From a virus, in IMG/VR virus record IMGVR_UViG_3300012363_000003, positions 1-63,410 of that record: a DNA stretch of 63,410 nt. One strand, given 5' to 3'. The notes under the pieces are model-generated. The model did not search any database, was not told the origin of the DNA, and saw nothing but the letters and a program-made list of their open reading frames with translations. Below, one piece after another: positions 52,242 through 59,676 of the stretch. Position 1 is the stretch's first letter. The number at the start of each line of letters is the position of its first letter. Made by a program: the position numbers and the translations under genes.

Positions 52242-52479
52242 GTCCAGCAGACCCGAAGTCCTGCCAGACCGAGGGTACCTGATACCAGAGGAGCCTGAGT
52301 ACCGCATCTACGCATCGAGCCAGGATGGAGTGCCCGTTATCAGGGACATTTGTGGTGATGAACGGCTTCGGCTGGCTCTGGCAGTAGTCAGAGAGTGGTT
52401 CCCGGAGGATACGATCTTTGTACGTGAGGTCATTGAGATTGTCAGAGAGGCAGCAGGACCGATTAATACCACAGGGTAA
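52234..52479 (+). CDS. Hypothetical protein (81 aa)
   Basis: ATG 52234 overlaps the previous stop. Confidence 0.45.
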   Translation: MNESSRPEVLPDRGYLIPEEPEYRIYASSQDGVPVIRDICGDERLRLALAVVREWFPEDTIFVREVIEIVREAAGPINTTG

Positions 52480-52521
52480 GCTCATCAATTCAGACTGATG
52501 AGAGGAACATTTTTATTAGGA

Positions 52522-52549
52522 GCCTGAAGAGCCAATCTTCGGGCTTTTT
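52522..52549 (+). terminator. Intrinsic terminator
   Basis: GCCTGAAGA-GCCAA-TCTTCGGGC (9 bp, one G-U) followed by TTTTT. Confidence 0.65.
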
Positions 52550-52574
52550 CTATTGAGAGAAGGAGTTCGCAACA

Positions 52575-52892
52575 ATGGCAGAATTGAATTTGACCAAGAA
52601 GCAGACGAGTGAATACCTGGACCATGTAGAGAAGGAGACCGGGGATCGCTTCGCCTACGCAGGCACAGCGGCCACGCACAACCACTGTCCACTGGCTTTA
52701 GCGTATCGGCACCATCACCCCAAGGCAGTAGTATCCTTCAATGGAGAATTTGCCGATGTTGATGGGCACCAATATGACTATCGCAACTGGCAGAAGCGGT
52801 TCATAGAAGAAAGTGACCAGCTATCATCGGGGTACAGGGATGAAGTCGAAGTCACAGCAGACTATGCCCGCAGCCTGCTAGGGAGGGTGTAG
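52575..52892 (+). CDS. Hypothetical protein sharing the HCPLA..AY motif (105 aa)
   Basis: RBS AAGGAGTTCGCAACA. The HNHCPLALAY motif is shared with 53585 and 53848. Confidence 0.5.
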   Translation: MAELNLTKKQTSEYLDHVEKETGDRFAYAGTAATHNHCPLALAYRHHHPKAVVSFNGEFADVDGHQYDYRNWQKRFIEESDQLSSGYRDEVEVTADYARSLLGRV

Positions 52893-52894
52893 AG

Positions 52895-53107
52895 ATGGCA
52901 GACACATTGGTGGGCAGAAACCACAAGGTCAGTTCGGAGTCCTGGGATGGGATACACACGAAGCACTACCCAATGCACTACAACCTGCTCCTGGGCTGGC
53001 GCTACTACGAGAACAGGAATGCTGAGGACGGGAGTGGTAGGTTGTACTTCTTGTTCGAGGATGGTGCTGTCAGGAACCTGAAGGGCAAGATAGAGAGGGG
53101 GCAATAA
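52895..53107 (+). CDS. Hypothetical protein (70 aa)
   Basis: ORF in the array. Confidence 0.45.
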   Translation: MADTLVGRNHKVSSESWDGIHTKHYPMHYNLLLGWRYYENRNAEDGSGRLYFLFEDGAVRNLKGKIERGQ

Positions 53108-53108
53108 G

Positions 53109-53375
53109 ATGGAAACGAGGAATACTAGCAGGTTCAACAAAGGGAAGGCAATCGAGAGGCTGGTCCGGGAGTTCTTCATCGCACATGCCGGGGAGACCTT
53201 CCTTGGCCTTACCACAACTGATGAGGTTATCCAGGCAATTGCACTGAGGCTACCACCGAACAGGCACCTTACGGAACTGAACGCTAGCTGGGCCTATGAC
53301 CTCATCTGCGAGCTAGGTCCGTGTGGTGAAAACCAGACGGAGTGGCTCAAACGCTGGGGGGAGGCTGGTGCATGA
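53109..53375 (+). CDS. Hypothetical protein (88 aa)
   Basis: ORF in the array. Confidence 0.5.
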   Translation: METRNTSRFNKGKAIERLVREFFIAHAGETFLGLTTTDEVIQAIALRLPPNRHLTELNASWAYDLICELGPCGENQTEWLKRWGEAGA

Positions 53376-53584
53376 AAAATCGTTGGATACCTTTGCCTTT
53401 TTGGTTTGCTTGGCTGGTCTGGTCATGGTTGTTGATATTCCCTGGCATGTCAGCAGCCACCCTATATGCCAGCCTTATATACAACCTGGGACCAATAGTG
53501 ACCTTTATTATTGGCCTGATAGGAGCAGGGCTTGGCGGCTTTGTGTCAGCAGTGGTATCGCGTAGACTACACGGAGAGAGGTAA
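53372..53584 (+). CDS. Membrane protein, 2 TM spans (70 aa)
   Basis: ATGA overlap with the previous stop; Trp-rich hydrophobic spans. Confidence 0.5.
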   Translation: MKNRWIPLPFWFAWLVWSWLLIFPGMSAATLYASLIYNLGPIVTFIIGLIGAGLGGFVSAVVSRRLHGER

Positions 53585-53845
53585 ATGGACGCAGAAGAGA
53601 TAAGGTTCATTGCCTGGGTGAGGAAGCAGCCCGCTACCAGGACCTTCATGACGAGGAACAGCGGTGGGTGCCCGATGGCTGCGTACTACAGGGAGGTACA
53701 CAAGCAGGACTTTAGCAAGCTTCCCCACGGAGTATGGATAGGGAGGTTCATACTCTGGTTCGATTTGAGTGGCGGGGAACATTCCGTAAAGCAAACATTG
53801 GCAGGCGTAGAGACCTGGATAGCTTCAGAGATGAAAGGAGCATAA
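53585..53845 (+). CDS. Hypothetical protein, tandem paralogue 1 (86 aa)
   Basis: MDAEEIRFIAWVRKQPATRTFMTRNSGGCPMAAYYREV. Confidence 0.55.
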   Translation: MDAEEIRFIAWVRKQPATRTFMTRNSGGCPMAAYYREVHKQDFSKLPHGVWIGRFILWFDLSGGEHSVKQTLAGVETWIASEMKGA

Positions 53846-53847
53846 GA

Positions 53848-54132
53848 GTGGATGCAGAGGAGAAGAGGTTTATCGAGTGGCTCAGGAAGCAGCCCAAGAC
53901 CCGGCACTTCGAGACAAGAAACAACGATCACTGCCCGCTTGCTGCATACTATCAGGAGGTATGGAGCCTGAAGTTTGCCCAAAGCATTGACTTTGCATGG
54001 CAGCGGCAGTTTATGTACTGGTTTGACCGTGGCCCATACTCACCAGGACCAATGTTCCGTACCCTGGATGGTGTGGAGCAGTGGATAGATGCCGAGGAGA
54101 GGTTTGGGGGGTTGCCTTTGCCGACATATTAA
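53848..54132 (+). CDS. Hypothetical protein, tandem paralogue 2 (94 aa, GTG start)
   Basis: VDAEEKRFIEWLRKQPKTRHFETRNNDHCPLAAYYQEV; RBS AAAGGAG upstream. Confidence 0.55.
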   Translation: MDAEEKRFIEWLRKQPKTRHFETRNNDHCPLAAYYQEVWSLKFAQSIDFAWQRQFMYWFDRGPYSPGPMFRTLDGVEQWIDAEERFGGLPLPTY

Positions 54133-54145
54133 TCGGTTCGGAGCC

Positions 54146-54174
54146 TTGACTGCATAGGTGGTAGCTGGTATACT
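54146..54174 (+). promoter_or_regulatory. Sigma70-like promoter
   Basis: TTGACT, 17-nt spacer, TATACT. An ATTAATCGG motif copy lies 10 nt upstream. Confidence 0.55.
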
Positions 54175-54258
54175 CTATAGGTGCGGTTTGTCTCGTACTT
54201 GTCGCACTTGTTTCGATAGTTTCCAGGCATAAGTAAGTGTGCGTGGACAAGCTTGGGA

Positions 54259-54313
54259 GGAGGGATGGCAGAGTGGACTATTGCGGCTGTCTTGAAAGTA
54301 ACCGCCCTCCCCA
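54259..54313 (+). other. tRNA-Ser(UGA)-like 5' portion (acceptor, D arm, anticodon arm; no T arm). Candidate attP core
   Basis: GGAGGGA-TG-GCAG-AGTGGACTA-TTGC-G-GCTGT-CTTGAAA-GTAAC then CG-CCCTCC-CCA. It lies 64 nt upstream of int. Confidence 0.45.
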
Positions 54314-54376
54314 CCCCTCTCCCCAGGCTGGTCCGCTACACCTACGCCCCAAAGATGCAGTTGTCAAGGAGGGCAT

Positions 54377-55312
54377 GTGGACCTACACGGAGCCATCGAG
54401 GAGTTCCTATTGAGCAAAGGGACCTCGTGGACAGCAAAAACATTCAAGTGGAACAGCTATTTTTTAGGCCGTTTTGAGAAGTGGTGCAGGGAGAAAAGCA
54501 GCCCGATTAATAAGCTGGAGCAGATAACCCCCACCCTGGTCCAAGCCTTCGCCGCCGACACCACCCCCAACACCCACACCCGCCACGCCCGCGCTCAGAT
54601 TGTGAAGGGCTTCCTCTCATGGTGTGCAAGCGATGCGGAGACCGGAGTGAAGCGGGGAATGGTGGAGCGGATAGAGATGCCCAGGCTGGTGCAGTCGGAC
54701 GTAGAATTGTTTTCTGCGGAGGACATTAATCGGTTGCTGCGTACATGCGAGGGCCTTTACTACCCGCACAGGAACAAGGCACTCATCCACGTCCTGCTCG
54801 ACACCGGGATACGCGCCTCAGAGTTGTGCTTCGACAGTGATCGGCCTGCGGAGCTTACTGGCCTGCGTATGGAGAACCTTTACCTGAGCCGGGGAGAGGA
54901 TGCATACCTACGTGTCATGGGGAAGGGACAGAAGGGACGCACTGTTGGGTTTGGGCACGAGACGAGCCTGGCAGTGCGGCGCTACCTGAACCGAGAACGT
55001 GTGGGCAGCAGCGAGTTCGTATTCCTGGCTCAAGGGGGAGCACCACTCTCTGTTCGTATGTTGCAGCACTTTCTTGACGATCTTGGGGAGCGGGCTGGCG
55101 TACCTGACTGCCACGCACACCGCTTCAGACATACCTTTGCAGTCAGTCAACTTATGGCGGGCACCAGCGACCTAGTATTGATGAGGTTACTGGGCCACAC
55201 GTCCTTGGAGGCAACAAAAATCTACACCCGTGCTATGACCCAGGTGCAGGCGAGACGGGCGGCACCGAGCATCATGGACAGAATGAAAGGGAGGAGTTCG
55301 CATGTTAGATAA
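54377..55312 (+). CDS. int: Tyrosine recombinase/integrase, XerC/D-like (311 aa)
   Basis: C-terminal catalytic pattern TGIRASEL ... HRFRHTFAVSQL ... LLGHTSLEATKIYT (R, HxxR, H, Y). Confidence 0.85.
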   Translation: MDLHGAIEEFLLSKGTSWTAKTFKWNSYFLGRFEKWCREKSSPINKLEQITPTLVQAFAADTTPNTHTRHARAQIVKGFLSWCASDAETGVKRGMVERIEMPRLVQSDVELFSAEDINRLLRTCEGLYYPHRNKALIHVLLDTGIRASELCFDSDRPAELTGLRMENLYLSRGEDAYLRVMGKGQKGRTVGFGHETSLAVRRYLNRERVGSSEFVFLAQGGAPLSVRMLQHFLDDLGERAGVPDCHAHRFRHTFAVSQLMAGTSDLVLMRLLGHTSLEATKIYTRAMTQVQARRAAPSIMDRMKGRSSHVR

Positions 55313-55541
55313 GGTACAGGAGCTAGTAGATGCAGAAGCCTGCTTGGGCGCTATGCTTGAGCAGCTAAAGGGACAAGAGACAGTATTGGAAGCCCAAGAG
55401 TTACCTTTCTCGCTACGTAGTGCATTGGATTGGGTTGGTAGTGAGGTTGCCAATGTAGAGGCCGCATTATATGAGTTACGCCAGGCTGTGCAGAATGTAG
55501 AGAGACGTGCAAAGAGACTTCAGGAGGCAGGCAACCTATGA
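55302..55541 (+). CDS. Hypothetical coiled-coil protein (79 aa)
   Basis: RBS GGAGGAGTTCGC before the ATG; overlaps the int stop. Confidence 0.5.
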   Translation: MLDKVQELVDAEACLGAMLEQLKGQETVLEAQELPFSLRSALDWVGSEVANVEAALYELRQAVQNVERRAKRLQEAGNL

Positions 55542-55783
55542 CACGAGATGAGGCACTACAGATCATTGACGAGACAGAGACCAACAATACACAGCCCCAG
55601 CACATCCTGATCGGTCTGCAAATCTTAGCCAGGCACGATGAGGTCTTGGAGTGTTCCTTTGAGCACGACCAGATGTGGGTGAGCAACTTCAATAGGACCG
55701 TTGGGAAGATGAGTGAGGACGAGGTGTGGGAGATGGCCCGCGCTGGTTGGTTCGAGGACGAAAATAGCTGGTCACACTGGTAA
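55538..55783 (+). CDS. Hypothetical protein (81 aa)
   Basis: ATGA overlap with the previous stop. Confidence 0.5.
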   Translation: MTRDEALQIIDETETNNTQPQHILIGLQILARHDEVLECSFEHDQMWVSNFNRTVGKMSEDEVWEMARAGWFEDENSWSHW

Positions 55784-55814
55784 TACGCGAAAGCAGGAAG
55801 GAAAGGGGAGAGAT

Positions 55815-56036
55815 ATGGATAAGAATGTACTGATAGGGGTTAGGCAGGCAACCAAGGACCTGCCAACTGATGAGCTTATGTCATTCTACCTGATCGCCTG
55901 GGGTGGCAAAGACCCGAGGGGCACGGCATGGTACGAGAAGGTGAAGGGGCTATTCACGGAGGATGGTGGGACGAAGGTACACAGCGACGTACTGAAGGCC
56001 CTTGAGATCATCACGAGTGAGAGGATAGGAGCATGA
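55815..56036 (+). CDS. Hypothetical protein (73 aa)
   Basis: RBS GGAAAGGGGAGAGAT before ATG 55815. Confidence 0.5.
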   Translation: MDKNVLIGVRQATKDLPTDELMSFYLIAWGGKDPRGTAWYEKVKGLFTEDGGTKVHSDVLKALEIITSERIGA

Positions 56037-56884
56037 ACAAGGATAATGGCCTTGGAACAGCACTACGCTGGGTTCGCACTGCACAACACTACGCAGCGGT
56101 TTTCGCAGAGGGGCTGATCTTGCTTGCGTTTGCTATGTCCAGTGTGGATGTATCCATTGGGGGCAGGCTGGCAAGTATACCTTTGTTGGCGTGGATGTGG
56201 GCTGCTGCGTTCGCTTTAGGCATTGACACTTCGTTCATCCTGTCATGGATACGAGTGCGGGAGATCATACGGGACAAGAAAACGAAGAAGCGGCATCTTT
56301 GGTGGGCGATCCCATTGGCGCTAGGAATGGGCTTCATTGTGTTCCAGCCTGTCGCCGTTCAACAGCTACAGCAGTCAATGAACATTAGTTTCAACGCTGC
56401 CCTCGCCAACCTGGGGATAAACCTGAACGTATTAGTCTACGCGAGGAGCCTGGTAGCAGTGATGCTCGGCGCTGTTCTGGCGATGACCAATGTTGAACAG
56501 GCACCCAAGACAGATGCACATAAAGTTGTCCGGGTAGTGGCAGAACCAGTGGCAGAGGTGAAAGCGAATATACCCGCTGAGTTGCCAGAGAAGGCGGAGA
56601 GTCTGGTGAACAAAGAGGTGATAATGGCGAAGTTGCTGGCGAACCCAGGCGAAAGTATGGCGAACCTGGCGAAGGAAACAGGAGTCCCACGGTCAACCCT
56701 GCGATACTGGCAGCAGAAAGGGCAGTTTCCGCAGGGCAAACCGGACAAGCTGAGGTTAACCCTGGATACACTGCAAGACAACCCAGGCATTACTGACGAA
56801 GAGTTGGCGAGGGTACTATCAATTAGCCGACCGTCCGCCGCAAGGTTCTGGCGGTTGAAGGCAAAGGAGTTAGGCAATGATTGA
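56033..56884 (+). CDS. Polytopic membrane protein with C-terminal helix-turn-helix regions (283 aa)
   Basis: Four to five hydrophobic spans, then NLAKETGVPRSTLRYWQQKG and ITDEELARVLSISRPSAARFW. Confidence 0.55.
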   Translation: MNKDNGLGTALRWVRTAQHYAAVFAEGLILLAFAMSSVDVSIGGRLASIPLLAWMWAAAFALGIDTSFILSWIRVREIIRDKKTKKRHLWWAIPLALGMGFIVFQPVAVQQLQQSMNISFNAALANLGINLNVLVYARSLVAVMLGAVLAMTNVEQAPKTDAHKVVRVVAEPVAEVKANIPAELPEKAESLVNKEVIMAKLLANPGESMANLAKETGVPRSTLRYWQQKGQFPQGKPDKLRLTLDTLQDNPGITDEELARVLSISRPSAARFWRLKAKELGND

Positions 56885-57077
56885 GGAAAGACTACTGATG
56901 TTCCTTGGTGGGCGCTTCAGGTTGACATACAATGTTGATGGCACCGTAGAAGAGTTGCGTCTGGAGCTTCACAAAGGACCTGAGATTGTGATACGTAGCA
57001 AGTCGGGGAAGGACATACCCGAACAGATTTTTGAGTTGCTGAGAGAGTGTGAGGTACAGAGGAATGACCAGCTATGA
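56877..57077 (+). CDS. Hypothetical protein (66 aa)
   Basis: ORF in the array. Confidence 0.45.
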   Translation: MIEERLLMFLGGRFRLTYNVDGTVEELRLELHKGPEIVIRSKSGKDIPEQIFELLRECEVQRNDQL

Positions 57078-57294
57078 GGAACTGACACCAGAGCAGCAAG
57101 CACAGGTAGACAAAGCACTGACAATGGAATGGGTAGGAATGAGCTTGGACGATAAGAACAAGTCCGTGCTCCGTGAGGCCCTGAGTGCTCTGTTACTCGC
57201 TGGTGCTCTCAGTGTGGGAATAAGTTTCCTCGCGCCAGATAAATTTTCTATCAAAAGTACCTGGAATGGGGGGAACAATGACCACGAGTTATGA
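57064..57294 (+). CDS. Hypothetical protein (76 aa); N-terminus paralogous to the next gene
   Basis: MTSYEELTPEQQAQVDKAL aligns with MTTSYEELTQESKEQVDAF. Confidence 0.5.
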   Translation: MTSYEELTPEQQAQVDKALTMEWVGMSLDDKNKSVLREALSALLLAGALSVGISFLAPDKFSIKSTWNGGNNDHEL

Positions 57295-57634
57295 GGAGTT
57301 AACCCAGGAGAGCAAAGAGCAGGTGGATGCATTCATGGGCAACGCTATGGTTGGTGATCTGTACAGCATTGCAGACTTCCAAGTGGACTGGCTGAGGGAG
57401 CACGTCAGCAACCTCGTCCAGACCGTGACGAAGAAGAAGGATAATAAGGCAACGATCTTGACCAGCCGGGAGTGGAAGAGCTTATCACGGGCCTACCTGA
57501 ACCTCTATAACCTACTCTCGGGTATGCCTAGCTACATGGGGGACTACTTCACTGGTAGGGAGCATGAGTTCAAGGACGTGGAGCGGTGGGAAGAGAGGCT
57601 TTCGGAACCGATTAATAAAAGGAGCAAGAGGTGA
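57278..57634 (+). CDS. Hypothetical protein (118 aa)
   Basis: ORF in the array. Confidence 0.5.
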   Translation: MTTSYEELTQESKEQVDAFMGNAMVGDLYSIADFQVDWLREHVSNLVQTVTKKKDNKATILTSREWKSLSRAYLNLYNLLSGMPSYMGDYFTGREHEFKDVERWEERLSEPINKRSKR

Positions 57635-57924
57635 GTATGGACTGTAGAGATGTTGTTGCCAGATACGTGCGCCTCGATGGGGGTCTGTCTTCCGTCGCAT
57701 TCTCGTGGCACAACACGAAAACTTGTCTGGATGCAGAAGTAAGTATTGTCGGGGGCTTTGAACGCATCCTTCTTTCCCCATCAGCAGCACTTGGATTGCT
57801 AAAGTGGTTACAAGAGAACGAGGCATTACTAAAGGAATTAGAGGGGGTCGAGGAGAAACCCCTTCCCATCTCTCCCTACACAGGCGAACCATACGACCCG
57901 GAGTGGGGATGGGGGATTAGATGA
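57631..57924 (+). CDS. Hypothetical protein (97 aa; GTG 57631 or ATG 57637)
   Basis: CCGATTAATAAAAGGAG lies upstream. Confidence 0.5.
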   Translation: MSMDCRDVVARYVRLDGGLSSVAFSWHNTKTCLDAEVSIVGGFERILLSPSAALGLLKWLQENEALLKELEGVEEKPLPISPYTGEPYDPEWGWGIR

Positions 57925-58157
57925 GGTTTTTCATTACCCGGACCAGCATATCAATCTATAATCCAATACAACCCTGCGAGGAGGCAACACGAAGCAAGGT
58001 ACTCAACGACTATGGCATACCAAGGTGGGAGGTGAGCATCACCACCCTGAAGCAACTGTTGGAACTCAACGAGAAGTATGGTGGTCGGATCATTCTCAAT
58101 CAAAACACCATTGGAGAGTCGCCTGAGATTGAGATTTATGATGACTACAGGGAGTGA
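57921..58157 (+). CDS. Hypothetical protein (78 aa)
   Basis: ATGA overlap with the previous stop. Confidence 0.5.
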   Translation: MRFFITRTSISIYNPIQPCEEATRSKVLNDYGIPRWEVSITTLKQLLELNEKYGGRIILNQNTIGESPEIEIYDDYRE

Positions 58158-58170
58158 AGGAGTTCGATTG

Positions 58171-58272
58171 ATGATTTGGGTGTACATTTCCGTTGGCTTT
58201 GTGGTGGCAGTAGTCGTTCTGGTTGCCGCTGTGTCTATAGTGGGATCAATTTTGGATAGGAGCAGACGATGA
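58171..58272 (+). CDS. Single-TM mini-protein (33 aa)
   Basis: RBS AAGGAGTTCGATTG before the ATG; span ISVGFVVAVVVLVAAVSIVGSIL. Confidence 0.4.
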   Translation: MIWVYISVGFVVAVVVLVAAVSIVGSILDRSRR

Positions 58273-58622
58273 AGGACAGAACCTTGGGTAGCCCAAAGCG
58301 AGCCTATACATTCACCAAGGACGGCCAGGAGTACGAGACGAGCAACCTGATGGCCTTTTGCCGGGAGCACGGGCTTCAGCGGAGGCACATAAATGAGGTC
58401 GTCCAGGGGATCAGGAAGTCACACCACGGCTTCTCGTACTCTGCTGAGGATCAGAAAGACGTAGAGCTAGAGACCGTGCTACAGGCTGCGGAGATAGCGG
58501 CAAGGTCCAGCGGGGATGCGGATTACGAGGCGTTGGTACTGCGGAGAACGGCGAAGGTCAGGGCTGGCGAGCCGATTAATATACGGCAAGATAAGTACGG
58601 CTCGATCACCGTTCTCGACTGA
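58269..58622 (+). CDS. DNA-binding-type protein with NUMOD1-like HTH (117 aa)
   Basis: NLMAFCREHGLQRRHINEVVQGIRKSHHGFSY resembles the HTH module of homing-endonuclease-associated proteins. It ends 29 nt before the site array. Confidence 0.4.
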   Translation: MKDRTLGSPKRAYTFTKDGQEYETSNLMAFCREHGLQRRHINEVVQGIRKSHHGFSYSAEDQKDVELETVLQAAEIAARSSGDADYEALVLRRTAKVRAGEPINIRQDKYGSITVLD

Positions 58623-58650
58623 TGGTCTCGCTGACTCTCGACCCTTCGAT

Positions 58651-58766
58651 GGGTACACTTGTCACCATAAGGGTGCAACCGCGAGGGGTACATATGTCAC
58701 CACTATGGGTACAATTGTCACCATTGTGGGTGCATGTGTACCCATCGAGGGGGTGCGTTTGTACCC
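58651..58766. repeat. Array of 5-6 imperfect palindromic 16-17-bp sites (GGGTRCA-NN-TGTMACC), phased at about 21 bp
   Basis: Sites start at 58651, 58671 (weak), 58686, 58707, 58728 and 58751. Confidence 0.75.
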
Positions 58767-58852
58767 ATACCCAACTCGGTATAAATCGGCCACCCTTTAG
58801 CTTGGGGAGTGGGGCCAGGTGGGTAAGCTCTGCTGTGTGGATCGGCCAAAAG

Positions 58853-58874
58853 GTAAGTATGTTTATATACTTAC
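58853..58874. repeat. AT-rich inverted repeat GTAAGTAT-GTTTAT-ATACTTAC, followed by an 85-nt polypyrimidine tract
   Basis: Read directly. The tract 58875-58960 is almost entirely C/T on the plus strand. Confidence 0.7.
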
Positions 58875-58972
58875 TCTTTATCTTCTATCTCTCTTATATT
58901 AATCGGTATTTTCCCCCTCTCTATTCCTATCCCCTACCCCTTTCCCTTCCTCTCCCCCAAATCAAAATGCAC

Positions 58973-59001
58973 TTGACTTTTAGTTGGCTATGAACTATAC
59001 T
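58973..59001 (+). promoter_or_regulatory. Sigma70-like promoter
   Basis: TTGACT, 17-nt spacer, TATACT. Confidence 0.55.
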
Positions 59002-59050
59002 TTGATTGAACAGTTCTAGTCGGAAATAGGACCTTTGGGGGAGTTCGTAG

Positions 59051-59365
59051 ATGCAGTATTCTGAGTGCGGCAGAAAATGTAGAGAGGAATTACGGGCATT
59101 ACAGGCTGGTCAGTGTGCAATCTGCGGCAGGCGCGTCCATCTGGTTTTGGATAATGACCACGATACCGGGGAGGTGCGTGAGTTTTTGTGTAATAGATGT
59201 AACGTTGGGTTGGGACATTTTCAAGACAGTGATCTTTTGTTGGCCCTTGCTGGTGCCTATATTCGCAAGCATACTCAACGCTTGGATGTGTTTAAGCTAC
59301 CAAAGGAGAAGCCACGCAAGTACCCTATTGAGCCTACTACACAACCCTGGGATAATGTAGCATAG
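59051..59365 (+). CDS. Recombination endonuclease VII family protein, second copy (104 aa)
   Basis: CAICGRRVHLVLDNDHDTGEVREFLCNRCNVGLGHF. Confidence 0.65.
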   Translation: MQYSECGRKCREELRALQAGQCAICGRRVHLVLDNDHDTGEVREFLCNRCNVGLGHFQDSDLLLALAGAYIRKHTQRLDVFKLPKEKPRKYPIEPTTQPWDNVA

Positions 59366-59384
59366 CATTGAGAGGAGTCATGGC

Positions 59385-59675
59385 ATGCCAGGGGACGAAA
59401 ACGCGACTGAGGAAATGTGCATCGTCACCCAACTCGTTAACGCAGCCAGGCTCACACGCTTCCTCCGTGACACGGCAATCCAGGAGTTCTACGCGCAGGG
59501 CCAGAGCTATCCAGATTTCGAGGAGCACTTCTACCACCACGGCGGGACAGATGAGGACCTGGATGTGGTGTTCGGAGACCTGGCTGCTATGGATGAGGAA
59601 GAGAAACCGCTTAATGTGCCCGAGGAGGAGCCTGGTATGTCCTTTGAGCAGTTCACTAAGTTAATGGGAGGATAA
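59385..59675 (+). CDS. Hypothetical acidic protein (96 aa)
   Basis: ORF in the array. Confidence 0.5.
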   Translation: MPGDENATEEMCIVTQLVNAARLTRFLRDTAIQEFYAQGQSYPDFEEHFYHHGGTDEDLDVVFGDLAAMDEEEKPLNVPEEEPGMSFEQFTKLMGG

Positions 59676-59676
59676 C

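Noticed and set aside
54253-54477. The 74-aa ORF upstream of int.
   Set aside because: It is built from the tRNA-Ser-like segment and the C-rich tract, has no RBS and overlaps the int start. It is most likely non-coding.
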